Shown one piece after another: positions 46,601 to 64,000 of a stretch of DNA of 64,000 nt; positions within the stretch are counted from its first letter, which is position 1, and every line of letters begins with the position of its first letter. The DNA comes from Salpingoeca rosetta (Eukaryota; Protista; Choanoflagellata): assembly GCA_033442325.1 (NCBI GenBank), contig JAWQFM010000013.1, positions 1,267,065 through 1,331,064 on the forward strand, written 5' to 3'. The notes under the pieces were generated by a model. That model did not search any database. It saw only the letters and a program-made list of their open reading frames with translations, and was not told the DNA's origin. The translations under genes and the position numbers were made by a program.

Positions 46601-46778
46601 AGCAAAGGCATGAGCATGCAGAAGCAGCATGTGACACACAGAGACAGGCAAGCTTGAGGGCACTCGTGTTCAAACACACACACACACACACACAGCAAAG
46701 GCATGCGCATGCAGAAGTAGCATGTGACACACAGAAACAGGCAAGCTTGAGGGCACTCGTGTTCAAACACACACACAC

Positions 46779-46834
<56 letters not shown>

Positions 46835-46875
46835 GAGCCAATGTCCAGTGCTGCCACTATCCTCCGTTGCGCCAT
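43667..46875 (-). CDS. Ppx/GppA-family (ASKHA fold) exopolyphosphatase-like phosphatase, short form; about 11 exons
   Basis: Spliced motifs: IVAALDIGSG (phosphate-1), GAATQ|VFRKAENG, VRVISQAVEGKVGF (catalytic Glu region), AYDSGAASFQI (phosphate-2), and C-terminal PKLCLLRAVMKHF...INGSCPG. Confidence 0.82.
46590..46775. repeat. Diverged tandem duplication (unit about 95 bp) in intron 1 of the Ppx/GppA gene
   Basis: cagcaaaggcatg.gcatgcagaag.agcatgtgacacacaga.acaggcaagcttgagggcactcgtgttcaaac occurs twice. Confidence 0.85.
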
Positions 46876-46970
46876 TTGTGGTGGTGGTTGTAGAAAAGTC
46901 GTGGAAATGTTCGGATGATTTTCTGGCACCACACACGGACACAACACCAACCGCAGCAGCCAGCACCATC

Positions 46971-58858
<11,888 letters not shown>

Positions 58859-58864
58859 GCCCTC

Positions 58865-58929
<65 letters not shown>

Positions 58930-59240
58930 CTGTCTGTTTTTGTTCAGCACCATCCAATGCAACCCTGGTGTCATCTTTTCCTTTTCATTTCTTCACGTCA
59001 TCTTCGTCCATGCCATCAATGGCTTTGGTTTGCCTCATTTACTCTCTTTCTCTCTGTTAATAACGGACGCTACGAGTACAATACAATTACATGCAGCTAC
59101 GTGATGTCAATCACAATCGACAACCAAGGCAAGGTAACACAAGCAAAGAAACAAAGCACGAAGACAAACGACCAAGCAAACCATGCACACACCTGGACTA
59201 CTTCAACTACAAGCTAAACAGAGACACTTGAGAGAAGCCG

Positions 59241-64000
<4,760 letters not shown>

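Noticed and set aside
38574-46875. gkup and Ppx/GppA as a transferred bacterial operon or contamination
   Set aside because: The genes are convergent, both carry many host-type introns, and gkup has animal homologues; no operon structure.

Overview
Eukaryotic, intron-rich genomic DNA with (GT)n/(CA)n microsatellites in most introns and two assembly gaps. Gene content and repeat style point to a choanoflagellate, most like Salpingoeca rosetta; this is an inference, not checked by search. Most short ORFs in the supplied track are microsatellite or antisense artefacts. I spliced the genes by eye from GT/AG sites and frame continuity and find about 15 protein-coding genes, in order: the 3' end of an unknown low-complexity protein; a TCP11-family protein; a type I membrane protein ending in a PDZ ligand; a TPX2-like protein with only the Aurora-binding motif; exocyst Sec5/EXOC2, containing a 377-bp exon-bearing tandem duplication; an intronless WSCD-type sulfotransferase; an Sqs1/GPATCH2-like R3H+G-patch protein; an APPL-like BAR-PH protein; an intronless orphan coiled-coil protein; one or two orphan membrane proteins; a nucleotidyltransferase-glucuronokinase fusion (gkup type); a bacterial-type Ppx/GppA phosphatase with introns; a MEKK4/Ssk2-like MAP3K; and a Phactr-like RPEL/PP1-binding protein spliced in frame to a C-terminal CAP-Gly domain. 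Strongest novelty candidates: (1) the Phactr-CAP-Gly fusion, a possible link between G-actin, PP1 and microtubules; (2) a 5'-(GT)n...(CA)n-3' polarity inside introns, several of which lack a polypyrimidine tract, suggesting RNA-structure-assisted splicing; (3) the degron-bearing mini-TPX2; (4) the probably horizontally acquired Ppx/GppA gene head-to-head with the stress MAP3K; (5) recurrent palindromic motifs in compact bidirectional promoters. Family calls come from recalled motifs, not database searches, and internal exon boundaries are approximate.
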